Assembly: GCF_025526975.1 (NCBI RefSeq)
Contig: NW_026515696.1
Coordinates: 186,001 to 250,000, forward strand
Source: Fimicolochytrium jonesii
Lineage: Eukaryota
Direction of reading: 5' to 3'
Length of the DNA stretch: 64,000 nt
In this document: positions 23,519-35,199 of the stretch, piece after piece
Layout of the letters: the number at the start of each line of letters is the position of its first letter
How positions within the stretch are numbered: position 1 is the first letter of the stretch
The notes under the pieces: generated by a model
Database searches by the model: none
Told to the model about the DNA's origin: nothing
The model's input: the letters and a program-made list of their open reading frames with translations, nothing else
Position numbers and translations under genes: made by a program

Positions 23519-25759
23519 CTATCCACAGAAAACGGATTCACCACCGAACTCGTCCGAGGGGCAACCGACAGCGGTACCGTGTTCGTCAAACTTATACTTG
23601 GCAATCTTGATGGCGGCCAATGCGAGACCAGCCAGACCCTCTCCGGCAATCAAACCACTCGCCAGCGCAAAGCCCCAGACGTTCCACGACTCCGGGTTGC
23701 GGCGCTCCCACACCAAGAGGATCATGGACCCGATCAACATGGCGTTGGCGTACGACGTGTCTTGGACGACCCAGGCGACTCCGAGGGCGGACATGTTGGG
23801 GATGATCCAGGAGATCTTGGGAGGCAGGGTCTTGCGGGCGACGATAAGGGCAACAGTCAGGAGACCAAGGATGATTGCAGCGATTCCAGAGGAACCCGGG
23901 ATTCCAGCATCTGGACTTGTCAGAGCGGTGGTGGTCACGGCCCATGCGGTCGCAGACGCCAGGTCGAATTCGCACTCGACGTCCGCAAGAGCCTGGTTGA
24001 TGCATGGGTAAGCATCAACGTAGAAGATGTAGAGACCGACGGAGATGAACACAGCGAAGAAGGTTCCGATCGCCTGGGCGTAGAACTGGGTGCGGGGAGA
24101 GGCGCGGAGCAAGTGGCCGGTCTTGAGATCTCCGACCATGTCGGTGGCTTGGGAGGCGGAACCGGCAGCGATGGAACCGGCGACCAAGTTCTGCATCATA
24201 GCGTTGTTGAGAGCGGGCTGGACGGTCTTGCCTTGGGCGCGAGACATACCACCAAAAACGAACTGGGCGGTCTTGGCAATAGCTCCGACGGGGTTAATGT
24301 CGGTGGTTCCGGCGGCTTGGATACCGATGAAAGCAAAGATGAAACCGAGGATGATGGCCAGGATCGACTCGCCAACACCGACACCGAACATGGTGGAGCA
24401 TATGGTGATGGTCAAAATGGACGAAGCGACGATCCCGGAGGCCCACATCCACATGGGAACTTGTTCGTGGGCAGGGGCGGGGTCGACAATATCCTCTTCG
24501 GTTCCATCGCTCTTGACGAAGATACCCTTGACTCCGGCCCAGATCGATCGCCAGTTCCAGAAGAGCTCGGTGAAGGAAGCGGCAATCATGATCATAATAC
24601 CGGGCCAGAGCAGCCAGTAGCGCGCGGTGGGGGCGGTGAGGGTTTGGCCAGGCTTGGGCATACCGGTGAAAGAGGACGCCTTCACAACGCCTTTGGCGAC
24701 AAGGATGGGGCCAACGATGCCCCAAGCGGTAAGAGTTCCTATCCAGAAGGACACAGAGGCGTGCACACCGGACAACATGCCGGCGCCCAAGAAGGCGGGG
24801 GTCCACTCTGTAACAAGTCTCAGTATCAGCGACAGAAATGTGGGCGGGCATCGGGGCATCGACATTAACTTACCAATCCTCCAAGTCCACAAGTTCGCTG
24901 TGAAGCACGCCTCACATCCAGCCGTGGAGAACCAGTACATGACGTACCAGCTGTAGATTCCGGGCATCCAAGAACCGATGATCTTCCAGAGGAAAGCGCC
25001 ACCCATAGAGCCGAACATGATCAGGGCCTTCTTACGGCCGACGGCGGCACCGTGCACAGAGTGCAGGGATGCGATAGTGGCGGCGGAAGCGAACGGGGTG
25101 GGGAAGACGAGCTTCATCTTGAGGATGAAGTACTTGCGGAACGGGATGGCGAAGAACAGCCCGTAGTAGGCGGTGATGAAGGTGAGGGCGATGATTTTGC
25201 CAGCATCTTCACGAGGGCTGGCGCCGAGCAAATCCAACGCGTACATGGCAGGGAGCGCGGCGACGAACAAGGTGCTGAGACCTCCGGCGGCGGTGGCGGC
25301 GGTTTGCACTGTGCAGTTCTCTTTGATACCGAAGTAGCCACCGGTGATCGTGGTTATGATTTGGAGAATGAACCAACCACCAATAGCACCGAAGAGAGAG
25401 GCACCGAATGTGAAACCTGGAAGTGCAAAAAATGACCTTGTCAGTAAAATGGGAGTAACAACCCTTTCGACCCGTCGATTGAACGACTTACCGGTCTTCA
25501 AACCCAGGTAGATGTTGGAAGCAGCGACGATCGAGCCCAAAATCACACCGACGACGAGAGCGCGAACCGTCAAGGCATTGCCCTCTTCAGGGAGGCCTTC
25601 TGGCAGGTCGACGTGCGTGCCGTACTCGTGCTTCACAACCGGTTGGTGAATTTCTTCAAATTCCTTCTTCTCGGACTCGTAGACCGTGTCGACCGTAACG
25701 GGGTGCGGCTTCTCGTCAAGGTTCGACGCATAGTGCGTCGTTTCGGTGGGGGTTGCCAT
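23519..25759 (-). CDS. OPT/YSL-family oligopeptide transporter, two in-frame introns (25417-25491, 24808-24873)
   Basis: LTVRALVVG..SNIYLGLKTG, ENCTVQTAATA, LVFPT..A.A, DLKTGHLLRASPR.QF.AQ.IG and ASGLIAGEGL; many TM helices. Both introns have GTAAG donors and CAG acceptors. Confidence 0.95.
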   Translation of the reverse strand: MATPTETTHYASNLDEKPHPVTVDTVYESEKKEFEEIHQPVVKHEYGTHVDLPEGLPEEGNALTVRALVVGVILGSIVAASNIYLGLKTGKSFNRRVERVVTPILLTRSFFALPGFTFGASLFGAIGGWFILQIITTITGGYFGIKENCTVQTAATAAGGLSTLFVAALPAMYALDLLGASPREDAGKIIALTFITAYYGLFFAIPFRKYFILKMKLVFPTPFASAATIASLHSVHGAAVGRKKALIMFGSMGGAFLWKIIGSWMPGIYSWYVMYWFSTAGCEACFTANLWTWRIGKLMSMPRCPPTFLSLILRLVTEWTPAFLGAGMLSGVHASVSFWIGTLTAWGIVGPILVAKGVVKASSFTGMPKPGQTLTAPTARYWLLWPGIMIMIAASFTELFWNWRSIWAGVKGIFVKSDGTEEDIVDPAPAHEQVPMWMWASGIVASSILTITICSTMFGVGVGESILAIILGFIFAFIGIQAAGTTDINPVGAIAKTAQFVFGGMSRAQGKTVQPALNNAMMQNLVAGSIAAGSASQATDMVGDLKTGHLLRASPRTQFYAQAIGTFFAVFISVGLYIFYVDAYPCINQALADVECEFDLASATAWAVTTTALTSPDAGIPGSSGIAAIILGLLTVALIVARKTLPPKISWIIPNMSALGVAWVVQDTSYANAMLIGSMILLVWERRNPESWNVWGFALASGLIAGEGLAGLALAAIKIAKYKFDEHGTAVGCPSDEFGGESVFCG

Positions 25760-27946
25760 CGTGCGACTGGGGTTGCGAGGGGATCTTGCGTGAAGCTCAG
25801 ATGTCACAACAATCTGAAAGGGATCAGCGATACTAGGCGGCCAGCGCTCTAGAGCTAATCAGTGGATTCGAAAGAAGCGGATGCGGATTCAACGGGGCAG
25901 GGCAGCAGCAACACGGTGCCGGCCTTAAATATTCGGCATGCCAGCAACTTGTCCACCGGCGGGACTTGCATCCACGGCAGCCATCCGCTCGTGCATCACA
26001 GCGTAGCGCATGATCATCATCTCGGCAGAGCAGTGGGCGTCCTATTTGCGAGACCGCCAAATTTTTTTCCGGTTTTCTCTTGTGATTCGACTGATTTGAC
26101 AGAGCAGGACTATCTGGAGGCCCCGATATGAGTGTCGCCAACCGCTGCCCGTTTCCTGGCAACAATCACTCAACTCAGATTGCGCGAATGACCGACCAGA
26201 CGCGTGCGGGTATGACCCCCGCACAAGCAAATGGATTATGGATTTGTACCATCTGGATTCGGGAGAGCAACAACACTGTGAAATTTACTGTTGGGTGCCT
26301 TGGGACATGTTGGAGTCTTTAGATTGTCAGGAATAAGGTTTGTGGTGTACGAGGTGTATATAAGGATCCCGCCCGCAGCAACCGGAGATAGCTCTTACAA
26401 ATTTCGTCCGATCAGGCCCATCTATAAAGTTTGTGGTGTACGAAGTGGCCCCGGAGATGAAAATTTAAGCTTCGTCCGATCAGGCAGCGTGACTCCTTGA
26501 TCAAAACCGCGTCAAAAACTCTAATCATCTCTCAGTGTTTCACAGCCGCTGATTGGTCGCGCATGAGTCATCCTGACTCTGTGCCAGCCAACCACGAGCC
26601 GGCGGAAGGCCGTTCCGGCTCGTTCGAGACCTGAGCCAACCCCCATCCATGCGCTGTAATGTACTGTATCATGCGCTTGTCAGCAGGCGGACCAGAGCAA
26701 ATTGGCATCGTTTTGGCTACGTACCCGGTAGGAGCTCATCTTGTCACAGCCTGGAAAACGTTGAGTCTCCGCCGCCGCACTGAAGTGAGAAGTCTAGCAG
26801 CCTGACCTGGGGCTGTCGCCAGGCTGCCCTAAGGTTCGGCGGCCTTAAGGACGCGGGGACTCCCCCCTAGTCCCCCCGCCATGCTGCCGCATATCATCAT
26901 TTGTGGGAGATGCTGACCGGGGCCCGCGCTCTGCCACTTCATATGTACTATTTCCGCATTACGGATGGGCGACGTTGGGCTGTTGGTCAGGTTGTTCCAC
27001 CATCTTGCAGCGTTCGAAGCCACACATTCTCTGATGGAGTCCAATTTCCGTCCGCATCTTCCCGAGTCGCTGCCGGCTTTCCATGCGGGGAAGAAGTGCA
27101 AAACACATCTTTCTATCTGACATCTTCGTCCGTCATTTAATGGGATCCATGGATCCCAGATCTGAAATGAGCGGCGAAGATTCCCCAGGACGTCAACGCC
27201 CTGTGGCTGCCATTAGCAGGACTTCTGAGCAGCGGCAATGTGGCAAGTGCCACTCGGCGAACGTACTGTACAGTGGGCTGCCAGAAGAGCAGTTAACGCG
27301 CGGTGGTAGGAACGACCGCGAAGGCACTTGAGCGAGCGAGCGGTCTTCATACTGGCCGTCTTCGTTGAGCGGTAACGATATACCGGTGAAACAACTCTTC
27401 AATCTGGGAAATTACCTTTTCATGGTGTATTGTAGCACGCAGGCTCGCGCGATGATTTTCCGCATCCAGGGAAAATCAAGGAACCACCTCCGTCCCAACG
27501 GACACAACCTTGTTGGCACATACATATATTACCCCATCCTGTTCCTAGCTTTTCTGAGCGTACTCGGGTTGTAAAGCAGCTTTCCATGTGCTTTCCTTCG
27601 CATCCATGGAAAAGGTGAATATGATCAATTAAAAAGCGGAAGACATCTTCAGGTTACTGTCAAAATGAGTGTAACAACAACGGCGGCAGACGTACAATGC
27701 ACAGCGTGTTGATCACTCTCCCAACACTCACACCTCCCTTCCAGCTATACATCTATAAAAACGTTTATGCAATACGCTCCTTTCTATATACATTCATCAC
27801 CAGGGAGTACACCGGCAGGATACGCCCAGCGTACCCTAGTACGACGCCCTCTTGTCACATACGTCTAAACCAAACGCACAAAAGAGGGCGAGAAGTCATT
27901 CTGCGTCCTTCTGAGAAAAAATGTGAGCCCTGACGGCTCTTCGTCG

Positions 27947-29340
27947 TCAGGCGACATGGTGGGGATTTGACAAACTCAGAGAGTTACGCATGTTGTTGCG
28001 CCTGTGGTAAGTGGGTGATATCGGAATATGGGGATCGTGTTCTCGCACTGGTATCGCGGTTGCGTAAGGTTCTGCGTCCCGTGGGTCTGTAGTACTGGTC
28101 GTCGGTGGGGGTAGGTCAAAGTCCGGCGGTACGTCGTCTGGTATCGTTACCACATGTGCGGGTATTGAAACATCGATGGGGTTCTCGACATCAAGCCCCT
28201 CTCCTGCTCCGCCGCGGACAACATGCCCCGGTACACCCGTCGTCGTTCCATCATGTCCCGTCCCAGAATGTATCTCAGTATACTCCGGCGCCTCCGGAAG
28301 CTGATCCTCAGTCAACATATCCGGCGCATACTCCCCCTCTCCCCCGTCCTTGGCCGGCGGAACATACGGCGGCAGCGCGTCCTCCGCCAGCGGGCGCACC
28401 GAATTATAAGGCGCATCGACCGAGTAATCCGGCGGTGTCGTCAGCTCGATATCCCGAGACCCGACGCCCGCTGCTCTCCTCCCTTTCGGTGGTCGCCTGA
28501 AACATATGCACGACATGAACGCCGAGGCGATAAACACGCCTGCCACTACCATGCAGAGGATCAGCAGTTTTGTTGAGGTGGTGCCGCCGGGTTTTGGTGG
28601 GCATGGCGTGTAAGGTTCCATCTGGAAATTCGTGATCTCAACAGGCGCGGTCGACGGCGTGATGTTGAAGATCTCCAGGGCGTATACGTCGGGAGACTCG
28701 ATAAACGATTTGTGGAAATTCGGGGAATCGGACTGGAAGTTTTTGAAAGGTTCGACCTGGGTGCCGCCAAAGTCGCCAGTGACACTGTACTTGCGGGGAA
28801 CGGACAGTACTGTGTCGTTGAAATTGGCGCATGAGCCGGGATACGGGCTTAGGCGGAGCCGGACATTGAACGTGAGTGGCCAAGTGTTGAAGTGCAGGCT
28901 CGGACTGAATCGGTATAGACGGGGCGACCCGAGCGAGCAAGAGGAGAAATGTGAAGTCTAGGAACGAACCATTCATCGTCAGCTACCTCAGAGGAGAAAT
29001 AGGGTAGCTGGAACAGTATTTACCATATTGATTCCGATGACACTAGTGTTTGCCGGAAAGACGACCCCGCCTTGGCCTCCGAGGACCGGTGAAGGTGCCT
29101 GGTTCTCGTAGAACCACGACTTGGCTGTCGCCTGGTCTTGTAAGGGGATACCGACCGGGGCCGCTTCGCAGTCCATTTTGCGACGAAAGCTTGGAGGATA
29201 TGAGAGCGAATGGAACCCGGTGAACTACAGATTCTGGGGCGGGGTTGGGTAGCAGGTGAATTGCCGAGCTATGCGGCGACGGCGGCGGTACTTTAGATTG
29301 GGTCCATCTTCTTCAACTCTTCCTTCTCCGATCGAGTTGC
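27947..29340 (-). CDS. Single-pass membrane protein with cytoplasmic PPxY/LPxY motifs (paralog A); 5' end uncertain
   Basis: Frame is open from about 28958 to the stop at 27947. TM segment LLILCMVVAGVFIASAFMSCICF followed by RR, then PPDY, LPPY and APEY. An upstream exon lies around 29020-29340. Confidence 0.6.
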
Positions 29341-29850
29341 TTCGGGTATTCACAAGTTCACAACGCTTTCATATGTGCAATGCCAAGTTGCAATAAGTTG
29401 CAGTTGGAGCCCTCGCGGTGTTGGGCGCCGGGCGGCCGTCTGTGATCGCTTCAAACTTACAGGGCGTCCAATGCGCGCCGTATAAATTGCCACGGTGTTG
29501 TGCGGCGCGTGGTAACGCCGACTCTCCCAACCACTTTTCGATCGAACATTACACGATGGCGCTTCCATCCGAGTTCCCATATTACGGAGTGGAAGGATGG
29601 AGGGGATAGTGATATCTACAGTACATACATACAAATTGTTCAATGAAGGGTGAGGCGAAGCAAACTTCGCCGATAGTGAAGGGGAGTAACATACCGCCGA
29701 AACAGGTTTATACAAATGGGAGAAAGCAGCGTCATACGCCATCAAGTCGGAGAATGTAGGGGAAGATATTTCGCTCTGACTGCTATATACAGTTACACTT
29801 TCAGGTGAACTCGCAGGCATCTGTTGAGCCTGTTGCGAGTCCTGTGAGGG

Positions 29851-31019
29851 TCATGTGGCGCTCCTAGGCACGTTCGCTCCATGTTCACGGTCAACATGGG
29901 GCGAGACATCCGCATACCCGACGACATGTATCGTGTCATGCTCGAATGTACCGCCGTTGCCCGCACTTATCCTCGTCCCGTCCGGACTCTCCTCCCGCTC
30001 TTCAGCCGCCGTATACCCCTCCTGCTCCCAGAACTCCTTCGGGGGCGGCTCGTACGGCGGCAGCGGGTCGTGGGCCAGCACGCGTGCATCCAACGGCGCA
30101 TTGGTAGCATACCGGGGCGGCGGGCGCGGCCGCGTGGGGCCTAATTCGGCATCCTGCACGGTTTGAGCAATATGCAGCCTTGAATCCTTGTTGCGGCGGC
30201 AGCGCATTATGCAGTAACCGAAGCAGCCGATAATGGTCAGCGAGAAGCCGATTGTTAAAGCCAAATTGAGATTGCTCGGTCGCATGTCGGGACGGCCGCT
30301 GTTGTCGCTCGTGATCTCAGGCCCGGGGGGCTGGGGGCATGCCGTTGGGTCGAGTACCACGCCACCCATCGTTGCGTTGGTCGGTGAACTGAAGTTGAAC
30401 AGCTCGACGCCGTAGATGTCCCCGAAAGAGATCGGCTGGGCTAGCAATCCGATCCCACGAGGAGCTCGAAACTTGAGGGATAGGAGCGAGTACTTTTGAT
30501 CTTCCGGATATAGTTCGACACTTGACACGCTCTCGCTGTCGTGAGTGTCATTGTAGGTCCCACATTTAGAGGGCTCGTTGAACAGTTTCAACCGGACCAT
30601 GAAATTGATGTTGGGCTCGCTAAGCGCCATGCTGAAGCGCAGATTACCGTAAGAGCTTGCATCCCGGTTGCTCCCACAGGAGGCGGCGATACTGGTCTAT
30701 AAAATCAACATTCATGGCCCTCAGAAGGCTGCAGGTAGCTGAGAGGAAAATGACAACGATGTCTCACCAGATTGATTCCGATCACGCTTCCATTACCCGC
30801 CGCAAAAGAAACTTTATGGTCGTTCGCCGACGCATCGAATATCAACATAGTATTATTCGCAGCATAGTACGCCGCTCGAGCATCAGACGCGGACGTAAAC
30901 TCCGAGGGGGTTACGTCCCTCGGACAGGGGGCGGCGGCGAGCGCTCGTGCGGCACATATAAGCAGAACGGCGAGAACGGTACATTGAGCCGGCACCGTTC
31001 TGAGCCTGCTCGCTCGCAT
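29851..31019 (-). CDS. Signal-peptide single-pass membrane protein with PPxY/LPxY motifs (paralog B)
   Basis: N-terminal hydrophobic leader CTVLAVLLICAARALAA, a probable intron near 30650-30740, TM segment LALTIGFSLTIIGCFGYCIM-RCRR, then PPRYATNAP..LAHDPLPPYEPP, matching paralog A PPDYSVDAP..LAEDALPPYVPP. Confidence 0.65.
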
Positions 31020-31456
31020 GTTTCTGGGGGCGTTGCCGCGCTATAAGTACTTTGGATTTCGGCTGTGGATGTGTGGCGGAAGAAGGTGTGGCGGAAGAAG
31101 GCGTGACAAGAGGATGGGCAGCGGGCTGCGTCAAAATGGGAGTCGGACGGCCAGTGTCTGGTATTATATGGACCTGGCGATCAGCTGCGAGCTGGAAGCA
31201 ATGCCGTACGAGTGAACAGGAGTGGGTGCTAGCTACATGTGTATCGTCGCTGTCGATGGGGGTTGGAAGAATAGTTATGCGATGAATGACCCCCTCAGCC
31301 GCACACCTCACACCTCTCACACCGAGCTTGCATCGGAGGCGGCGGACGTGACACGAGCATGACTCAGCACTCCGATCGGGGCAATTCCCGCCATTCCCCC
31401 CCACTGCCCCAGGGCCCCCAACTACTGTACCATCGCTCGCACCGCCTGCACCGGCA

Positions 31457-32452
31457 ATGGCCGCGACTGCAATGGTGGAGTTCTCGACGTGGATCTTCAA
31501 TATCAGCACAAAGAAGCAGGACGGCCGGATTGCCCGGTGGATTAGGGATGGAACAGGGCAGCTCACGGAGGAATCAGTGGAGGAAATCAAGGTTTTGCGA
31601 CTCGATCAGGAGGTGGAAAAGACGGTTTTGCCTGGTGGAGACGGAGCCGAGACTGGTGGTGGCGACGTGGGTGGTACTCGGGCCATCTCCATTAATCAAG
31701 AACGAAAGTTAGGGCATCATCCGAAATCCGGCCCTTCAGAACCCGCCTTCAAGATTCCGCCCTTAGAACTACCGACTCCGATGGTGGCCCCGGTGTACCC
31801 TTTGAACCTCCCGTCGGAGAAGATGATCTTCTGGAACCTGGAGGATGCAAATGCCGACAAGCTCTACCTATTTGCCCACATGGCTTGGTGCGAGGAATGT
31901 GGTATCATGATCGGAAGCGGATGGAAGGGGAGTGCGAGGAAAGCGAAATGCGACCAGTGCAGGAAACGTGTAAGCCCAACCAAACTCGATAAGCACAAGC
32001 TCCTGGTCCATTGTCAAAATCTGCTCCAAAAGCGCATTTCCGGCAAGTTCGCAGACGCATTAAAAAAGCACGCCGGCTTGGTCAACGCGCACGTTGTCGA
32101 CTACGAGACCACCACATCGAAAGCGCGCGTGCTCTGCTTCTGCTTAGGCCGCTTCTCTGCTCTGGGTTGCCGGGGAAAGGGAGCCCACCACCACCGAGAT
32201 ACCTCGATGCGAGTGTTAGAGTTCCTACTCACAACAACACTCCCATCAACGCACTCCGTACTCGCCGCATTTCGCGACAAATGGGTAGCCCGCGCTGAAA
32301 TCTCCGCATGCGACTACCTCATCATGGGAGCCGGCACCCAGGTGGACCCTCTCGACCGGCCGTACGTATTGCAGAATGGTCGGCTGCGTTTTCAGGCCCC
32401 AGTCATCTTATCCGAGCCTCGTGGCCTAATGGGCAATGGCACGCGCGTATGA
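31457..32452 (+). CDS. Hypothetical 331-aa protein with a CxxC..CxxC putative zinc ribbon
   Basis: Long uninterrupted ORF with CEEC and CDQC. I do not recognise a family. Confidence 0.4.
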   Translation: MAATAMVEFSTWIFNISTKKQDGRIARWIRDGTGQLTEESVEEIKVLRLDQEVEKTVLPGGDGAETGGGDVGGTRAISINQERKLGHHPKSGPSEPAFKIPPLELPTPMVAPVYPLNLPSEKMIFWNLEDANADKLYLFAHMAWCEECGIMIGSGWKGSARKAKCDQCRKRVSPTKLDKHKLLVHCQNLLQKRISGKFADALKKHAGLVNAHVVDYETTTSKARVLCFCLGRFSALGCRGKGAHHHRDTSMRVLEFLLTTTLPSTHSVLAAFRDKWVARAEISACDYLIMGAGTQVDPLDRPYVLQNGRLRFQAPVILSEPRGLMGNGTRV

Positions 32453-33684
32453 ATGCATTTCTCGCATAGGATGTGAGGCTTGTCTCCCTTACATGCATGC
32501 ATGTAGGGGTCGTCTATGTCCCCGGCGACGTGCCCAAACACGCCTTCGGGCGCATCAAAGGGTAAGTACCGCGTGCGTTTGCCAACCGAGCCCCTCTCGA
32601 ATGTTCTGAAGAGCTTTATCATATATGCAAGGAGATCTGCGGCCGGCTGAAGGCGCAAGTGGGCGCGGGGAGGATCGAGTCGCGTGTGCCGCCAGTCAGG
32701 GAAAGCACGACGGGGTTGCGTGCGGGGCTGTACGGCTTGGAGATTGACGGTAAGTTTCCGACGCGTAGTATTTTATTCTCAGGCCGGCTGTGGAAACGTG
32801 CTGTACTGGTTTTAGCCCCAAAGCAGAGCAATGGCACTCGCTTATGTAGGAATTTCTAGCTTAGGATGTGAGGCTTCTCTCCCTTATATGCATGTATGTA
32901 GGCATTCATTATATACGTATCTCACATTGGTTAATGGCAACGTATGTAGGCATTTAATATATATGTATCTCACATTGGTTGATGGCAACGACGAGGAGGG
33001 TTGTGGCGACAGGGACGGGGTTGAATTATGGAGACGACGAGGAGGAGGCGGATGATAGGGAACCGGCTGTACAAAGAGGAAGATGGCGCAAAAACTTTCC
33101 AAGCGACTACGAAGCCCAACCCAGAGCACGACAAGATGAACGATCGCAAAAAAAAAATATGAGTGAATGGTTTCGCTCGCTATATGCTGAAGGTTGCGGA
33201 GAACGAAAAGAAGGAGAAGGAGAAGAAGAGGAGCAATCTCGACAGGCATCACGGATCACTTCCTGAAGACCAAGAAACGGACAGAGCGAAAGAGATAGGG
33301 GGGGATGTGCAATAGCATGTATAGCAGATATTGGAGTGCCCTCATACATTGAGACATTTATCGCCGGGCGGACCACTATCACTTTCGCCGTTGCAGATAT
33401 TAAGGTCCGGCAAAGTCAGCCGCCATTTGGGCCCTCTGAATGTCCCTTTCGTGCCTGACTCTACTGTAAACATCGCTCCCGAAGCACGGAAGATAAAGGC
33501 CCTCCGTTCCCTATTACCCAACGATGCATCCCAACGATGCGCATCCTTCCCAACGATGCATCCCAGCATTGCCACTGAGGTGCTTCGTCGGGTTGGGCTG
33601 CTTCTCGAATTCCGACGCTACAATGTCTTTCTCTGCGTACCTTGAACTTGGCGCCAAATGCAAAGTTGTTCGGAAGTTTATCCG

Positions 33685-33757
33685 AGCCTCGTGGCCTAAT
33701 GGTCAAGGCGTCTGTCTTCGGAACAGAAGATTGGAAGTTCGAATCTTCCCGGGGTCG
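33685..33757 (+). tRNA. tRNA-Arg (anticodon TCG)
   Basis: D arm GCCT-AATGGTCA-AGGC, anticodon arm TCTGT-CTTCGGA-ACAGA, T arm GGAAG-TTCGAAT-CTTCC, and a T-rich 3' trailer. The first acceptor-stem pair is imperfect (A:C). Confidence 0.9.
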
Positions 33758-35199
33758 CATCAGTTTATTTCTTTTCTTCCATTTTTGTCAGCACACTGCT
33801 GACTGTGATATATCAACCTGCAGCAGAGGCAACTTGTGAGTTCAAGTGGCTAGGGGTGTTCTGCCACGACCACGGTCTAAGGATGTATGTACGGTGGGAC
33901 ACATGAGGAAACGGCGTCTTGTCACCTTTTTTTTTTACGAACGAGCCTCATGGTCTTCATCCATCCACAGCGGCATTCCACGCGTACATCCCTCCCACAT
34001 TACATTGATATCCAGAAAACACCGAAACGGCACTCGGCCGAGTTTGCTTTCGAAAACCAAGGCTTATAGAACGTTTCATTTCATCAAAAAGAGGGATCCC
34101 ATCGGAGGCTTTACAACGGGGTGGGTATGTACACAAGGGGATCATATATCCGTTTACAGTGCTTTTGTTTTCGAAGGAATCTGTATGTATGTATGTATGT
34201 ATGTATGTACGGAGGAAGGTCCCACGGGCGTTAGGGATAGGCGCAGCACAGCACGTACGAGCGAGAGATTGGATGTCCCGACGCAGCATCAAGCCGGTCC
34301 TGGTGCGCCGCGGTTCGTCGCCGATACCGTGTCGAGGGAAGTGTTGCGGGGGGGTATCTGAACCATCGACCGAGCGGAGGTTTTTTTTTACAAATGAAGG
34401 AACCGCAACACCCGTCTCCTGACGCCCATCCGCGCGCGGTTCTTTGCATATCCGCCTGTTCGAACCGACGAAATGAGCACATCAGTGAGCGGATTCGACA
34501 GACGAACGACGGGCAGTAAACTGTACTGTACCAGGACTCCGCTTGAACGCCAACACGTTCTGGACTTTCCAGAGGATGCGTTGCAGGCCGTTGACTTTTG
34601 ATTCTGTTGTCATTTTTTCTTGGGGTGTATATTTGTTTGTTCCTTTGTTCCGTTTCTCTGACTTCCCCGTGAGAGGTTTGGGGCTCGGTGTGTGCTCTGT
34701 GGGTTGAGTTGAGGTTGAGTGTGTTTGCGTTTTGGGGTGTCCGTTCGGAGGTGGATGGAGGTTGGTAGGTTTTATACTTCGCTGAAAGGGAGCCGGCGAC
34801 AGCCAAGGAACGCAAGGAAGGAGGGCTCAGCCACATGGCTTGCGTCGCTTGCGTTGGTGGCGTGTGTCGTCATCGCTGCCAAACTCGAACATCCTTAAGA
34901 GTGACGCTGTCGAAACGCGTGACGTACGCGCTGTACGAAAGCGCTTTCCGAAGGTCAAAGTTCGAAGCGGCGCTCAAGGGACAGAAAATAAGGAAGCATT
35001 CTGGATGGAAAGCCCATGAAGAAAAAAAAACACGCCGTCAAACCAAAGAATGTAAAGAGCACGACGGAAAGCGGTAACGATCCAGTCTAGAAACATACAA
35101 AATGGAAACAGCGGGGCCAAATGGGATACACCAACTACAACAAGGACACTATGCTAACGAAACATTCCAACCCCGTCAACACAACCGCTCTCCTCTATC

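Noticed and set aside
23579..24868. Long antisense ORFs over the OPT gene (and similar ones over the PX, SH3, RapGAP and PK genes)
   Set aside because: They are shadows of GC-rich codon usage on the coding strand and show no recognisable motifs.
33518..33570. Three copies of ccaacgatgc upstream of the tRNA
   Set aside because: This is a short slippage-type repeat with nothing else to support a function.
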